A DNA stretch of 32,000 nt, from the NCBI RefSeq assembly GCF_008000775.2, contig NZ_CP042905.2, positions 390,001 through 422,000 of the forward strand, given 5' to 3'. This DNA comes from Promethearchaeum syntrophicum. Its GTDB lineage: Archaea; Asgardarchaeota; Lokiarchaeia; Sigyniarchaeales; Promethearchaeaceae. The notes under the pieces are model-generated. The model was not told the origin of the DNA. It was given only the letters and a program-made list of their open reading frames with translations, and ran no database searches. Below are positions 18,634 to 28,273 of this stretch, in pieces (within the stretch, counting starts at the first letter, position 1; every line of letters begins with the position of its first letter). The position numbers and the translations under genes were made by a program.

Positions 18634-19812
18634 TTAAAATCCAGATGTCTTTGGTTCTCTGGAAAGCATTTCTTTGGCTATAGGAATCATTTCTTGTTTT
18701 TTTTCATTATGTTCTTTAATAAAATCCATAATAATTTGAACTGACTCCTTTTTACATGTTCCACAGAGCATCCCCTCTTTACATCTTAAGTAACGGTCTT
18801 GTAACTTATTATCATCAGGTTGGAAATGTATTTGAAGAAGCTTGTATATCATACATTTCTCAGGAACTCCACCTAATTTTTTTTGCTCCTCCATATTTCT
18901 CCTTCCGCCAGTAAAAGCACGCTTTAGTTTCTTTTCAATTTCAATAGGATCATCTCCTAAGTTGAAATAACTATTAGGTCTGGATTTACTCATTTTTTTT
19001 GTTACATCATCCAATCCTGGGAGTAGTTTATGATAGGTTGCTGCTGGTTTAAATAATGGACTACTAACTTCTTTTTTTGTTTTCCGATTTTTCTTTATGT
19101 ATTTAAAATGCCTTGTTAAATCTCTAACTAATCTCAAATGAGGATCTTGATCAATTCCTACAGGAACAAGAGTTGGCATTGGACCATCTTTCAATTGCGG
19201 AAGAAGAATATCCCCTACTTGAACCAAAGCTGCCATGTATAATGCAAAATCTCGTTCACCGTAAATAGCTTTCATCATATTGTTGGTGACATGACGCCCA
19301 GCCATAAAAACCATATCTTTTGGAATCTGCTCTCTAGATTGAAGATAAACATAACTTTTCGGATCTAATCCTAATGTGAGAATATCTGCAATATTATCAA
19401 CGGCATATTTATAAGCAGTGTCAAGAGGTGTGTTATTATCAGCGTAACTTTCCAAATCTGCAACTGCATAATAAATCTTACCACCCATTTTCTGAAATTC
19501 TACCATTTCAGAAGCTGTTGTTAATGTTCCTAAATGAAATTGCCCACTTGGTTTAATTCCCGATAAAATTGCCCATGGTTTTTCCTCTCGAATGGCTTTA
19601 AGGATCATCCCAAGATCTCTATGCCCATATATTATTTTACGTCGGAGGAAGCGATTTTTTTCGAATGCTGAATATGGAATTTCCAGTTCTTGAACCAGAC
19701 TTATCCCAAATTCTTCACACAAACGAATATAGTCATCATCAGCAACTAAATCATCTCCCCATGGATTCAATTGAATTGATTTCTCACCCTTATTTTCGGG
19801 ATTGTCAGACAT
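18634..19812 (-). CDS. trpS: Tryptophan--tRNA ligase
   Basis: Class I signatures SGIKPSGQFHLGTL and KKMSKSRPNSYF; VPVGIDQDPHLRLVRDLT; archaeal/eukaryotic-type architecture. Confidence 0.93.
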   Translation of the reverse strand: MSDNPENKGEKSIQLNPWGDDLVADDDYIRLCEEFGISLVQELEIPYSAFEKNRFLRRKIIYGHRDLGMILKAIREEKPWAILSGIKPSGQFHLGTLTTASEMVEFQKMGGKIYYAVADLESYADNNTPLDTAYKYAVDNIADILTLGLDPKSYVYLQSREQIPKDMVFMAGRHVTNNMMKAIYGERDFALYMAALVQVGDILLPQLKDGPMPTLVPVGIDQDPHLRLVRDLTRHFKYIKKNRKTKKEVSSPLFKPAATYHKLLPGLDDVTKKMSKSRPNSYFNLGDDPIEIEKKLKRAFTGGRRNMEEQKKLGGVPEKCMIYKLLQIHFQPDDNKLQDRYLRCKEGMLCGTCKKESVQIIMDFIKEHNEKKQEMIPIAKEMLSREPKTSGF

Positions 19813-19930
19813 ATCAAATTAATTCTAACATTGGAATTTAATTTTTTGAATTTTAAATTAAAAAAATATTGATGTTTTTTCATGTTATTGTATGAAAAAA
19901 TTGAAAAATTATCGTGTTTTTTTTTTTCCA

Positions 19931-21445
19931 ATGACTTCAAAATTTTTGCGATTCTTTTCACCTTTTACGCGCGTCACAACAGAAATTAGAAAACCAGATA
20001 GAGAAATCTCATTCAAAGATAAAATCATCTATACCCTTGTAATTCTTGTAATTTACATTATTATGTCGAATATTCCGATCTATGGTATTGCGACAGATGC
20101 TGGAAATGACATGTATTATTGGTTGAGAGTTATCTTAGCTTCTAAGCGTGGAACATTAACAGAGATGGGTATCGGTCCAATTGTAACCGCTGGTTTGATT
20201 ATGCAATTACTTCAAGGTTCAAAACTGATTAATGTAAACATGGGAGATCCAACAGATCGTGCATTATTTACTGGAGCGCAAAAAGTAATCGCCATTGGGT
20301 TAACTATTTTCCAAAGTATAGCCTATATTGAGGGTGGTGCCTTTGGAGAAATTGAATCAACTTTGTTTAAAATATTAGTTTTCCTTCAGCTATTCCTAGC
20401 TGGACAAGTAATTATTCTGTTAGATGAAGTCTTACAAAAAGGATACGGATTAGGTTCGGGTGTGTCCTTATTTATTGCCACAGGTGTGGCCGGACAAATA
20501 TTTTGGAATGCATTTTCTTTCTTTGATGTTACAGCTGAAGGAAGTGATTTTCTTCCACGTGGGATTATAATTGCATTCTTTGCAGTCTTGTTTGGATCAC
20601 ATCAATTCCCAGAAGGACATATACAAGCTGGTGATGAAATAGGAATTGGGGATTTATTTTTAAGAAATGCTGGAGCTCCAGGTCTTCTGGGTTTGCTGAC
20701 AACTATTTTAATATTTCTCGCAGTAATTTATGTCCAAACCATGCAAGTGGAAATTCCCCTAACTTATGCTGGGCACAAAGGTTATCGTGGAAAGTATCCG
20801 ATGAAATTATTATATGTTTCGAATATACCCGTCATACTTGCTCAAGCTTTATATGCTAACTTCTTATTTTTCGGACAAATTTTATGGAACGCTAAGGTGG
20901 AAAATGGTTGGGGAGATTGGATAAACCTTATCGGAGAATTCACACAAGCGACAGAAGGGGTAGATGCATCACATTTACAACCAGTTGGAGGCTTATTATA
21001 TCTAATAACTCCGCCTCAGGGGCTGTCCTATATTCTCGATCCGGCGAATGATCAAAGTCTAAGATTATTGCTTCTTCATAGCGTCGGATATCTACTTATT
21101 TTTATTACGATTTGTATTGTATTTGGTCGTATTTGGGTCGAGGTTTCAGGTTTGGCACCCCGTGATATCGCTGGTCAAATTATTAATTCGAAAATGCAAA
21201 TACCCGGTTTTAGACGTTCTGAAAAAGTAATTGAAAAAATTCTGAAAAGATATATACCGACGTTAACAATACTGTGTGGTATAATTGTTGGACTTTTATC
21301 ATTTACTGCGGACTTTCTTGGAGCTCTCTCTTCTGGAACAGGATTACTTTTATCAGTTGGGATCATCCAAAACTATGCTGAAACGATAGGAAAAGAAGCT
21401 GCCGCCGAATCAATGCCCGGTATGGGCGGATTACTCGGTATGTAG
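19931..21445 (+). CDS. secY: Preprotein translocase subunit SecY
   Basis: Multi-TM protein with archaeal SecY motifs (GPIVTAGLIMQLLQGSKLI, YGLGSGVSLFIATGVAGQIFW, VEIPLTYAGHKGYRGKYPMKLLYVSNIPVILAQALYAN, IPGFRRSEKVIEKILKRYIP). ORF opens at 19892, but ATG 19931 fits the usual N-terminus better. Confidence 0.96.
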   Translation: MTSKFLRFFSPFTRVTTEIRKPDREISFKDKIIYTLVILVIYIIMSNIPIYGIATDAGNDMYYWLRVILASKRGTLTEMGIGPIVTAGLIMQLLQGSKLINVNMGDPTDRALFTGAQKVIAIGLTIFQSIAYIEGGAFGEIESTLFKILVFLQLFLAGQVIILLDEVLQKGYGLGSGVSLFIATGVAGQIFWNAFSFFDVTAEGSDFLPRGIIIAFFAVLFGSHQFPEGHIQAGDEIGIGDLFLRNAGAPGLLGLLTTILIFLAVIYVQTMQVEIPLTYAGHKGYRGKYPMKLLYVSNIPVILAQALYANFLFFGQILWNAKVENGWGDWINLIGEFTQATEGVDASHLQPVGGLLYLITPPQGLSYILDPANDQSLRLLLLHSVGYLLIFITICIVFGRIWVEVSGLAPRDIAGQIINSKMQIPGFRRSEKVIEKILKRYIPTLTILCGIIVGLLSFTADFLGALSSGTGLLLSVGIIQNYAETIGKEAAAESMPGMGGLLGM

Positions 21446-21593
21446 AGAGATTTCAAAGGTTAATATAAGGAATTTTTTACTCCTTTTTTCATTAATTATA
21501 TATAAAAATCAAAGACAATTTTTTGGCAAGTTTCTTTCATAATTTATAAATTTCAGAAATTTTTTTTTAATCCCGTTATTATATTAATATATA

Positions 21594-22256
21594 ATGATAT
21601 TAGCTTGGGCAGATTTTATTACTTGGTTGACGACGCCTCCAGTTTCAATGTGGTTTATATTCGTTGTTAGCATTCTTGTTTCCTTGTTTTCAACCTTTCT
21701 CAATAAAGTTTTAGTTGATCATGATAAAATGAACAGACAACAAGATGTTATAAATGATCATAAGAAAAGAAAAAAAGAATTATTGCAATTATCGGAAGAT
21801 AATCCAAAAAGATATGCTAAAGAATATCCAAAGTGGCAACGAAGAGATCCCAGTATTAAAAATATGGAACAAAAGATGAGCTTACAGAGATTAAAACCAA
21901 GTTGTTTTACATTTCTACCAATGATTATATTCTTCTATGTAATTCGTAATATGTTTACTCCTGAAGGTTCTCCAATTCAATTTCCTGTTGCCAGTGGTTC
22001 AATGAATCCAATGCAAGAATTTCCGACTTTACTTACAACTATGCTACAATCTGAGATGTATTCAGTGTTAGGGAATATTGTTGTAGATCATGGTTTTATC
22101 GGTTTTACTGGTTGGTATATGTTATGTAGTTTCACGAATTCAACAATAATCAACAAATTACTTAAAGTTTCAAGACCTTCGGGAGGACAAGGTATGGGAT
22201 CAATGTTCGATTCTAAGGCTCAAGAAGATTTGCCGAATCCGAAATCACTACTTTGA
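21594..22256 (+). CDS. EMC3/TMCO1 (DUF106, YidC/Oxa1/Get1 superfamily) membrane protein insertase-like
   Basis: N-terminal TM followed by charged coiled coil (NRQQDVINDHKKRKKELLQLSEDNPKRYAKEYPKWQRRDPSIKNMEQKMSLQRLKPSCFTFLPMIIFFYVIRNMF) and a late TM (FTGWYMLCSFTNSTIINKLLKV). Follows secY. Confidence 0.85.
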   Translation: MILAWADFITWLTTPPVSMWFIFVVSILVSLFSTFLNKVLVDHDKMNRQQDVINDHKKRKKELLQLSEDNPKRYAKEYPKWQRRDPSIKNMEQKMSLQRLKPSCFTFLPMIIFFYVIRNMFTPEGSPIQFPVASGSMNPMQEFPTLLTTMLQSEMYSVLGNIVVDHGFIGFTGWYMLCSFTNSTIINKLLKVSRPSGGQGMGSMFDSKAQEDLPNPKSLL

Positions 22257-22299
22257 AAATCCAATAATTTTTTTTAATTCAAAAATTAATAATAAATCC

Positions 22300-22857
22300 A
22301 TGGCTAAGAAGAAAATGGTTATTGGTCCGAAAGGAGAATCCCCCAAAGAAATTGTTGATAATAATGTTCAAATTATTGATGTTTCGAATTTCTTTAACTA
22401 TCAACGTGCAATAAATTCTCTTATTGATTATTTAAACCTAAGTATTGATGATATGATAGCTGGCTTTACAAGATCAGACCAGGAAAAATTCAGTACTCCA
22501 AATAAGAAATTAATTCTTAATGCAATTCTAGAATCTGGTTTTTATGAATTTACTAAATATAAATTGAAAATTATTTCAGAAAGTAAGGAATTTAGTGATG
22601 AAAAGAAATTTCTCGAGATGATGGAACGCGTTCAAGGAGAAATTGACTTATTAGCATATCTTTTAGTGTATTCCCGAATGTCCCATCGTAATTTAAATTT
22701 CGATTTGTTTTTATCACTATTAAAAGGGGGTCTTTTTGTCGATATACTTGAAACACATGAAAAAATTGTAAAGGATATGCAAAAACGGGCACAATCTTTA
22801 AATAAAGATAACATCAAAGAAAATGTTAAAGTTAATGATTCGAGTTTTTATATTTAA
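22300..22857 (+). CDS. Hypothetical protein
   Basis: 185-aa ORF with good start context after the EMC3-like gene; no family recognised. Confidence 0.6.
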   Translation: MAKKKMVIGPKGESPKEIVDNNVQIIDVSNFFNYQRAINSLIDYLNLSIDDMIAGFTRSDQEKFSTPNKKLILNAILESGFYEFTKYKLKIISESKEFSDEKKFLEMMERVQGEIDLLAYLLVYSRMSHRNLNFDLFLSLLKGGLFVDILETHEKIVKDMQKRAQSLNKDNIKENVKVNDSSFYI

Positions 22858-22878
22858 ACACAAAAACTGCGTTTATGC

Positions 22879-23853
22879 TCATTTCAAATTTGTTTCAAGT
22901 GATTTAACTTTTTTAAATATTGAATTTGTAACGTTAATATATAAATCCTTCATTATTTCTTCAAATTCCAGTGGTTTTTCTACATTTGGAGCTATCCCTA
23001 AAGTATCTAATATGTCAAAATGAACTCCTGGTTTTGAAAAAGAAAAGCCTATTTCGTATGGTTCCCCTGATAGAAAGTTCTTATGGGATAAATCATGAAA
23101 ATTTAAACTCGGAACATCAAATGCATCATCATACGAATGAATTTGCTCGCGAATTTTATGAGTAGATTGAACAATAGGCCTGTTTGCACAAGATCGCGCA
23201 AGTTGCAAATCGTGTAATAAATCATCTCTAGATTTTCCTCTAAGTTTTAGAAGTAAAAATGGATCCAAATCAAGAACTCTTGCAGTATATAATATTGTGG
23301 CGGCAATATGTTTGCAAGGAACTGCTTGATCAGGACAAGAACAGCTTGCATTTAGGGTTTTTGAAGCTGGAGGGAATAATTGATAACCTGTTTCCTTGAA
23401 GATTTGATGTAAATTATCGGGAATTTTATTTTCTAATAAAGCAATTATATATTTCACTTTTTTGGCAATTTTAAGGAGAATTTCGTTCCACCCCTCCTCA
23501 GGTATGGTTTTAAAATTTATTTTTACCCTATATGGAGTTGGTGCTGTGCCTTGGACTGTTCCAAAAATTTGACCAGGACTAACTGTTAGATTTTCGATAC
23601 GGTTTTCCTCTGCATACCGCATTCCTCTTTGCATTCTATAAGGTCTTCCGAATTTTAAAATTGATTCGATCCATTGAATTCCCCACTGTGTATGAGCAAA
23701 ATTCAATAGATCGTCCATAATTTGTTGAACTTCGTGCCTTTTTTGTTGCCTTTCTTGATAGTTTTTTGGTCTAGATCCTGATAGTTTTGGATCATTGTGG
23801 GAGTTCAAAGTTCTTTTTCGATAAGAACGAGCTGATGTTTTTTTTGCCATCAA
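22879..23853 (-). CDS. SWIM zinc-finger protein (YwqB-like)
   Basis: SWIM motif CSCPDQAVPCKHIAATILYTARVLDLDPFLLLKLRG; immediately upstream of / overlapping the SNF2 helicase gene boundary. Confidence 0.88.
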   Translation of the reverse strand: MMAKKTSARSYRKRTLNSHNDPKLSGSRPKNYQERQQKRHEVQQIMDDLLNFAHTQWGIQWIESILKFGRPYRMQRGMRYAEENRIENLTVSPGQIFGTVQGTAPTPYRVKINFKTIPEEGWNEILLKIAKKVKYIIALLENKIPDNLHQIFKETGYQLFPPASKTLNASCSCPDQAVPCKHIAATILYTARVLDLDPFLLLKLRGKSRDDLLHDLQLARSCANRPIVQSTHKIREQIHSYDDAFDVPSLNFHDLSHKNFLSGEPYEIGFSFSKPGVHFDILDTLGIAPNVEKPLEFEEIMKDLYINVTNSIFKKVKSLETNLK

Positions 23854-26800
23854 TTAGTCAGTCCTGGTTCATTTAATAGGAATATTTCTCGCAATTCTTC
23901 AGTAGAAAGATCAGTAATCCAATTTTCTCCAGCCGAACTTAAAATTTTATCTGCAAGATTACGTTTTTCTTCAAGCATTTTGTCAATTCTCTCTTCGATA
24001 GTTCCAAGTGCTATGAATTTGTACACATTCACATTTTTCTCTTGCCCAATTCGATATGCCCGATCAGTTGCTTGGTCCTCAACTGCAGGATTCCACCATC
24101 TATCAAAATGAAATACTGTAGATGCTTGAGTTAAATTAAGTCCTGTTCCTCCGGCTTTCAGTGATAATATCAGTATCGGCGAACTATCCAAATCTTGAGA
24201 TTGAAATTCATCTACAAGTTCCCTACGTTTCTTTTCAGGAACTCCTCCATGAAACCAACCTATATTAAACAAATATTTCTTTTCAAGAAAGTATTTTAAT
24301 AGATCTCCCATTTGTTTGAATTGAGTAAATATCAAAATTTTTTCACCATCTTCTAATATTTCATTAACCATTTCAAGTAAGCGTTCAAATTTCACAGATG
24401 ATTTAATAAAATCATCAAAATTATAATTAGGTGTACTTTCAATTTTTGATGAATTTATGTGTAGAAATTGGTAAGGATGATTGCATATTTGTTTAGTTTG
24501 TGTTAGAAGACGTAAAACTAATCCTCTTCTCTTTGATTCGTGAAATTCTAAATTTTCTATCTCTTTTAATGTAGAATTTACAGTTCTTTTGTATAATTCT
24601 GATTGTTTTTCACTCAATTCTAAGAAAATCTTGATTTCATTCTTTTCAGGCAGATCTTGAATTATTTCTTTGTCAGTTTTTAACCTCCTTAGAATGAAAG
24701 GAGAAATTATGCGTTTCAGTTTATTACTTCCTTCTTCATTGTGAAATCGTTCGATTGGTAGGATAAAATTTTTATAGAAATTTGCCTGGGTACCGAGCAA
24801 ACCAGGATTTAAAAACTCAAATAAGGTCCAAAGTTCAATTAATCGATTTTCAATCGGTGTTCCAGTCATTGCTATACGGTACATGCTTTTTAATCGAAGA
24901 ATTGCTTTTGTTTGTTGTGCTTTATAATTTTTAATATTTTGAGACTCATCCAAGATCACTCCAGTAAATGGAATTGCTTCCAATACTTCAATTTCATTAC
25001 GAACTATCCCATAGGTTGTTAAAATAATTCGATTAGGTATTGTAAATTCTGATAAAGCTTCATTCTCATCTATTCTCTTCTTTCCATGATAGATTAAAAT
25101 ATCAAGAGACGGAGCAAATTTTTGAAGTTCGCGGTGCCAATTAAATAGGACTGATGTGGGACAAACAACAAGAACACTTCCGGTTGAAATTTCGTCGTAT
25201 TTTTCTTTTCGGTGAAGTAGAAACGAAATCACTTCAATAGTTTTTCCCAGTCCCATGTCATCCGCTAAACAAATGCCAAAGTTAAATTCTGTCATATTTG
25301 CCAACCAAACAAGCCCTATTTCTTGATAAGGTCTTAATTCTCCCTTAAATAAGGTTGGTGTTGTAATTTTTTGAAAAGAATCAATTTCAGAAAATTCTGT
25401 TATATATTTCTGGAAATTTCCCTCTAATATAACTTCATAAGTATTTTTAGCATCAGATAGTTGGATATTCTTAGTAATTCCTAAATTTATTGCCTCAGAA
25501 AGCGATAATGTTCCTTTAATTTTTTGTTTTTGTTCAAAAATTGGTCTTAAAGTATTCATATCTTCTTGATCTACTAATACCCATTGATCCCGCCAGAAAA
25601 TGAGTGGTTCCTTAATTTTGGCTAATTCAAGGAATTCTGATTCCGTTAATTTTTGATTTTCTAAGCGAGCTTCCCATTCGAATTCTAAAAATGAATTAAG
25701 ATCAAATAATTTGCTAATATTTCCCCCTGCAAATCCTGATTGTTTATTTTTTTGATTAGATTTTGAATCCCTAATTACCATTCTCGCACTTAAACGTTGT
25801 TGACCTTTAAGTCTGAATTGTTCTGGTAATACAACATTGAAACCAACCTGTCTTAAAAGATATTGTGAATATCTAAGAAGATCCATGACCTCTGTTATAT
25901 CGAGTTTTATCCTATTGGGGTTTTTGACTTCTAAAATTCTTTTTAATGGAGGAAAAAGTTTAACTGCTATTCCCAAAGCTCGTAATATTTCTTCTTGTAA
26001 TCCTTCTTCATCATCACAAACATTTGCAAATTCTTCTTTTTGTGTTACATTCCCATTCCAAACTTCACTTAATGAAATAAAATAATCTAAATCATGTAAC
26101 GGTTGAATATATATTCCTAATACCCAAGCAGATTTTGGAGATTTTGGGTATTCTAATCTAAATGTAAATAACACACCTAGTGCGAAAGAAAATCCTTGAG
26201 TTTGTTGAACCCAATTTTGCAGTATTCCCGGAATTGGAGTGTCGCAAAAACGAGTTATTTCAAAAATACGATTTTTGCCAATACAAGAATTAAGAAAACG
26301 TAAATCCCATGGATTTTTTTCCTCGAGATTACAAGCATTTCCTAATTGATCAAGATCCGAGTTGTATAAGTTTGTAAATTTCTTATGAAAATTTGTACTT
26401 AAAGAATCTCTAATTAAAAAATCTGAAACTTGATTCATATAGTTAGCGAATAAATAAGACGGATGCCAAACTCCTGTTGTTTTAACTCCATTTGGTTTCA
26501 TAGAAATAAAATTTATAGGTAAATTGTAGGAACTCCATGGAGCATTGTTAAGAATTTTTTGAAATCGTTTATGATCTAGTTGAGTTTTAAATATGACATT
26601 CCACATTCCTTCATAATGTTTTAAATCAATTTTTTTAAGCGTAGGGATAAAATTCCCTCTGCTGACTAATTCTAGGGTAAATTTAGTTAAAAAAGCCCAA
26701 GTTTTGATTGAATTTGAATAAGAAATAAAATTTTGACTTCTATCTTGAAGATTTACAATCTGAAGCGGAAAAAGAACGCGTATTGCAGGAGGAATTGGTA

Positions 26801-27098
26801 TAATTTTACCATCAACTAAAGATGTTTGCAACAATGAATCAGATCTTTTATCTTGATTATTAAAATCATCCATTGATAACCTAATTTCACAGGTTAATAG
26901 TTTCTCAGCAGGAATTGAAGGAAAAACTCGATTGATCTCTTGAATTAAATCCATCTTCCTTTTTTTTTTTTCATTTTGAGAGATCCAAAATATAAAAAAC
27001 CCTACATTATTCGGTGGTTTTTTTCCTTTTGAGGTGATTTTGAATTCGGATGCTGAATTTTTCCAATATTTCGGAGAAATAAAAGTTAGTTGCAACAT
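23850..27098 (-). CDS. SNF2/Rad54-family ATPase (YwqA-like) with long N-terminal region
   Basis: LRPYQEIGLVWLANMTEFNFGICLADDMGLGKTIEVISFLL, LDESQNIKN, RIAMTGTPIENRLIELWTLFEFLNPGLLG, KILIFTQFKQMGDLL, GWFHGGVPEKKRRELVDEFQ, LSLKAGGTGLNLTQASTVFHFDRWWNPAVEDQATDRAYRIGQ. Confidence 0.97.
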   Translation of the reverse strand: MLQLTFISPKYWKNSASEFKITSKGKKPPNNVGFFIFWISQNEKKKRKMDLIQEINRVFPSIPAEKLLTCEIRLSMDDFNNQDKRSDSLLQTSLVDGKIIPIPPAIRVLFPLQIVNLQDRSQNFISYSNSIKTWAFLTKFTLELVSRGNFIPTLKKIDLKHYEGMWNVIFKTQLDHKRFQKILNNAPWSSYNLPINFISMKPNGVKTTGVWHPSYLFANYMNQVSDFLIRDSLSTNFHKKFTNLYNSDLDQLGNACNLEEKNPWDLRFLNSCIGKNRIFEITRFCDTPIPGILQNWVQQTQGFSFALGVLFTFRLEYPKSPKSAWVLGIYIQPLHDLDYFISLSEVWNGNVTQKEEFANVCDDEEGLQEEILRALGIAVKLFPPLKRILEVKNPNRIKLDITEVMDLLRYSQYLLRQVGFNVVLPEQFRLKGQQRLSARMVIRDSKSNQKNKQSGFAGGNISKLFDLNSFLEFEWEARLENQKLTESEFLELAKIKEPLIFWRDQWVLVDQEDMNTLRPIFEQKQKIKGTLSLSEAINLGITKNIQLSDAKNTYEVILEGNFQKYITEFSEIDSFQKITTPTLFKGELRPYQEIGLVWLANMTEFNFGICLADDMGLGKTIEVISFLLHRKEKYDEISTGSVLVVCPTSVLFNWHRELQKFAPSLDILIYHGKKRIDENEALSEFTIPNRIILTTYGIVRNEIEVLEAIPFTGVILDESQNIKNYKAQQTKAILRLKSMYRIAMTGTPIENRLIELWTLFEFLNPGLLGTQANFYKNFILPIERFHNEEGSNKLKRIISPFILRRLKTDKEIIQDLPEKNEIKIFLELSEKQSELYKRTVNSTLKEIENLEFHESKRRGLVLRLLTQTKQICNHPYQFLHINSSKIESTPNYNFDDFIKSSVKFERLLEMVNEILEDGEKILIFTQFKQMGDLLKYFLEKKYLFNIGWFHGGVPEKKRRELVDEFQSQDLDSSPILILSLKAGGTGLNLTQASTVFHFDRWWNPAVEDQATDRAYRIGQEKNVNVYKFIALGTIEERIDKMLEEKRNLADKILSSAGENWITDLSTEELREIFLLNEPGLTN

Positions 27099-27293
27099 AA
27101 TTTACGAGATCAACAAAAATCAGTTAATAGAAATAATAATATTATAAATTAATAAACCTTCATAAAGTATCCAATTTTGGAATAAAAAAAGTGAAAAATC
27201 GTAAATTTTTCAAAAAATAATTACAAATAGTTTTATCATCATCATCTCTCTAACCTATATGAGCAACAATTAAAATTTTAAGAGGATTGACAT

Positions 27294-28209
27294 ATGAAAT
27301 TTATGACAAATAAATTTATATTCTTCTTCTTCTTTGCACTAATAAACGCTAGTATTTTTATTTCAGAAACAAAAAATGCAAGCTTTTTACTGTTTCCGAA
27401 GATATTTATGAAGAAAATGATGATTTTGTCCAAGCCCAAGGACATGAAATTTTTCCAAATTACTACCATGATCTTGTAAATAATGATACAGATATCTATA
27501 AGATTTATTTTGACAAAGGTTTTTTTTTATAGATATTTTTAATACGACCCGTCTCTGGGTTCAATTGTTTAGTGATATTTTTTCATATATCACAGATTTT
27601 ATTATCGAAGAATCTCATCTAAGCCTTGATTGGGATCTATCCTATAGTGGGGTTTATTATATATGTGTGTCTGGTCTTAATTTTGGTGATTTTTATGATA
27701 TGGATATTCGGATAGCTGGTTTACCTGATGATTGGGCTGAACCAAATGATTATTATTATGAGGCGAAGCATTTAGATCTTGGATATCATGGTGGAATGGT
27801 TCAAAATGATGATGATTTCTTTATATTTAGTCTTGCAGAAGGTTAAACTAGAACATTTTATGTTACGTGTAATCATAATATACAATTATGGTTAGATGGA
27901 ATTTCTACTGATGATGGATCTATTTATGATTCATTTTTTCCAACAGATGGGAAATTTGTATGGCGCATTCATGCAGTTATTGACATAGATATAATATTTG
28001 CTGTAAAAGACGATAATCAAGGAAATTAGTACGATTTACGATTAGAAAACAATACTCGAGAAGATAATAATGGTGGTGGTAGTAGTAATACTGATCCATT
28101 CGCTGATATTCCAGGATTTCCAATTGAGATCGTTGGTATAATATTTGGAATGTCATCAATTGCTGTAATTTTATCTGTAAATAAAAATAAAACACTAATT
28201 TACAATTAA
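27294..28209 (+). pseudogene. Decayed gene for a secreted, C-terminally anchored PPC-domain-like protein
   Basis: Signal-peptide-like MKFMTNKFIFFFFFALINASIFISE (frame 3), then EDIYEENDDFVQAQGHEIFPNYYHDLVNNDTDIYKIYFDKG (frame 2), then WDLSYSGVYYICVSGLNFGDFYDMDIRIAGLPDDWAEPNDYYYEAKHLDLGYHGGMVQNDDDFFIFSLAEG (frame 1), with in-frame stops at 27844-27846 and at the GGAAATTAG near 28028, ending in ...IPGFPIEIVGIIFGMSSIAVILSVNKNKTLIYN*. Confidence 0.7.
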
Positions 28210-28273
28210 CCTTTAAGATTTTTATTACTTTTTTCTTGTTTTATTGCTTTTTCTCCTGTTCTTCAATATTTTC

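Noticed and set aside
18544-18744. Plus-strand ORF spanning the yjbQ/trpS convergent junction
   Set aside because: Overlaps both flanking genes out of frame; hydrophobic low-complexity translation.
27278-27479. ORF 27278-27469 (-)
   Set aside because: Antisense to the signal-peptide and first PPC-unit remnant; its hydrophobicity is explained by the T-rich signal-peptide coding run on the other strand.
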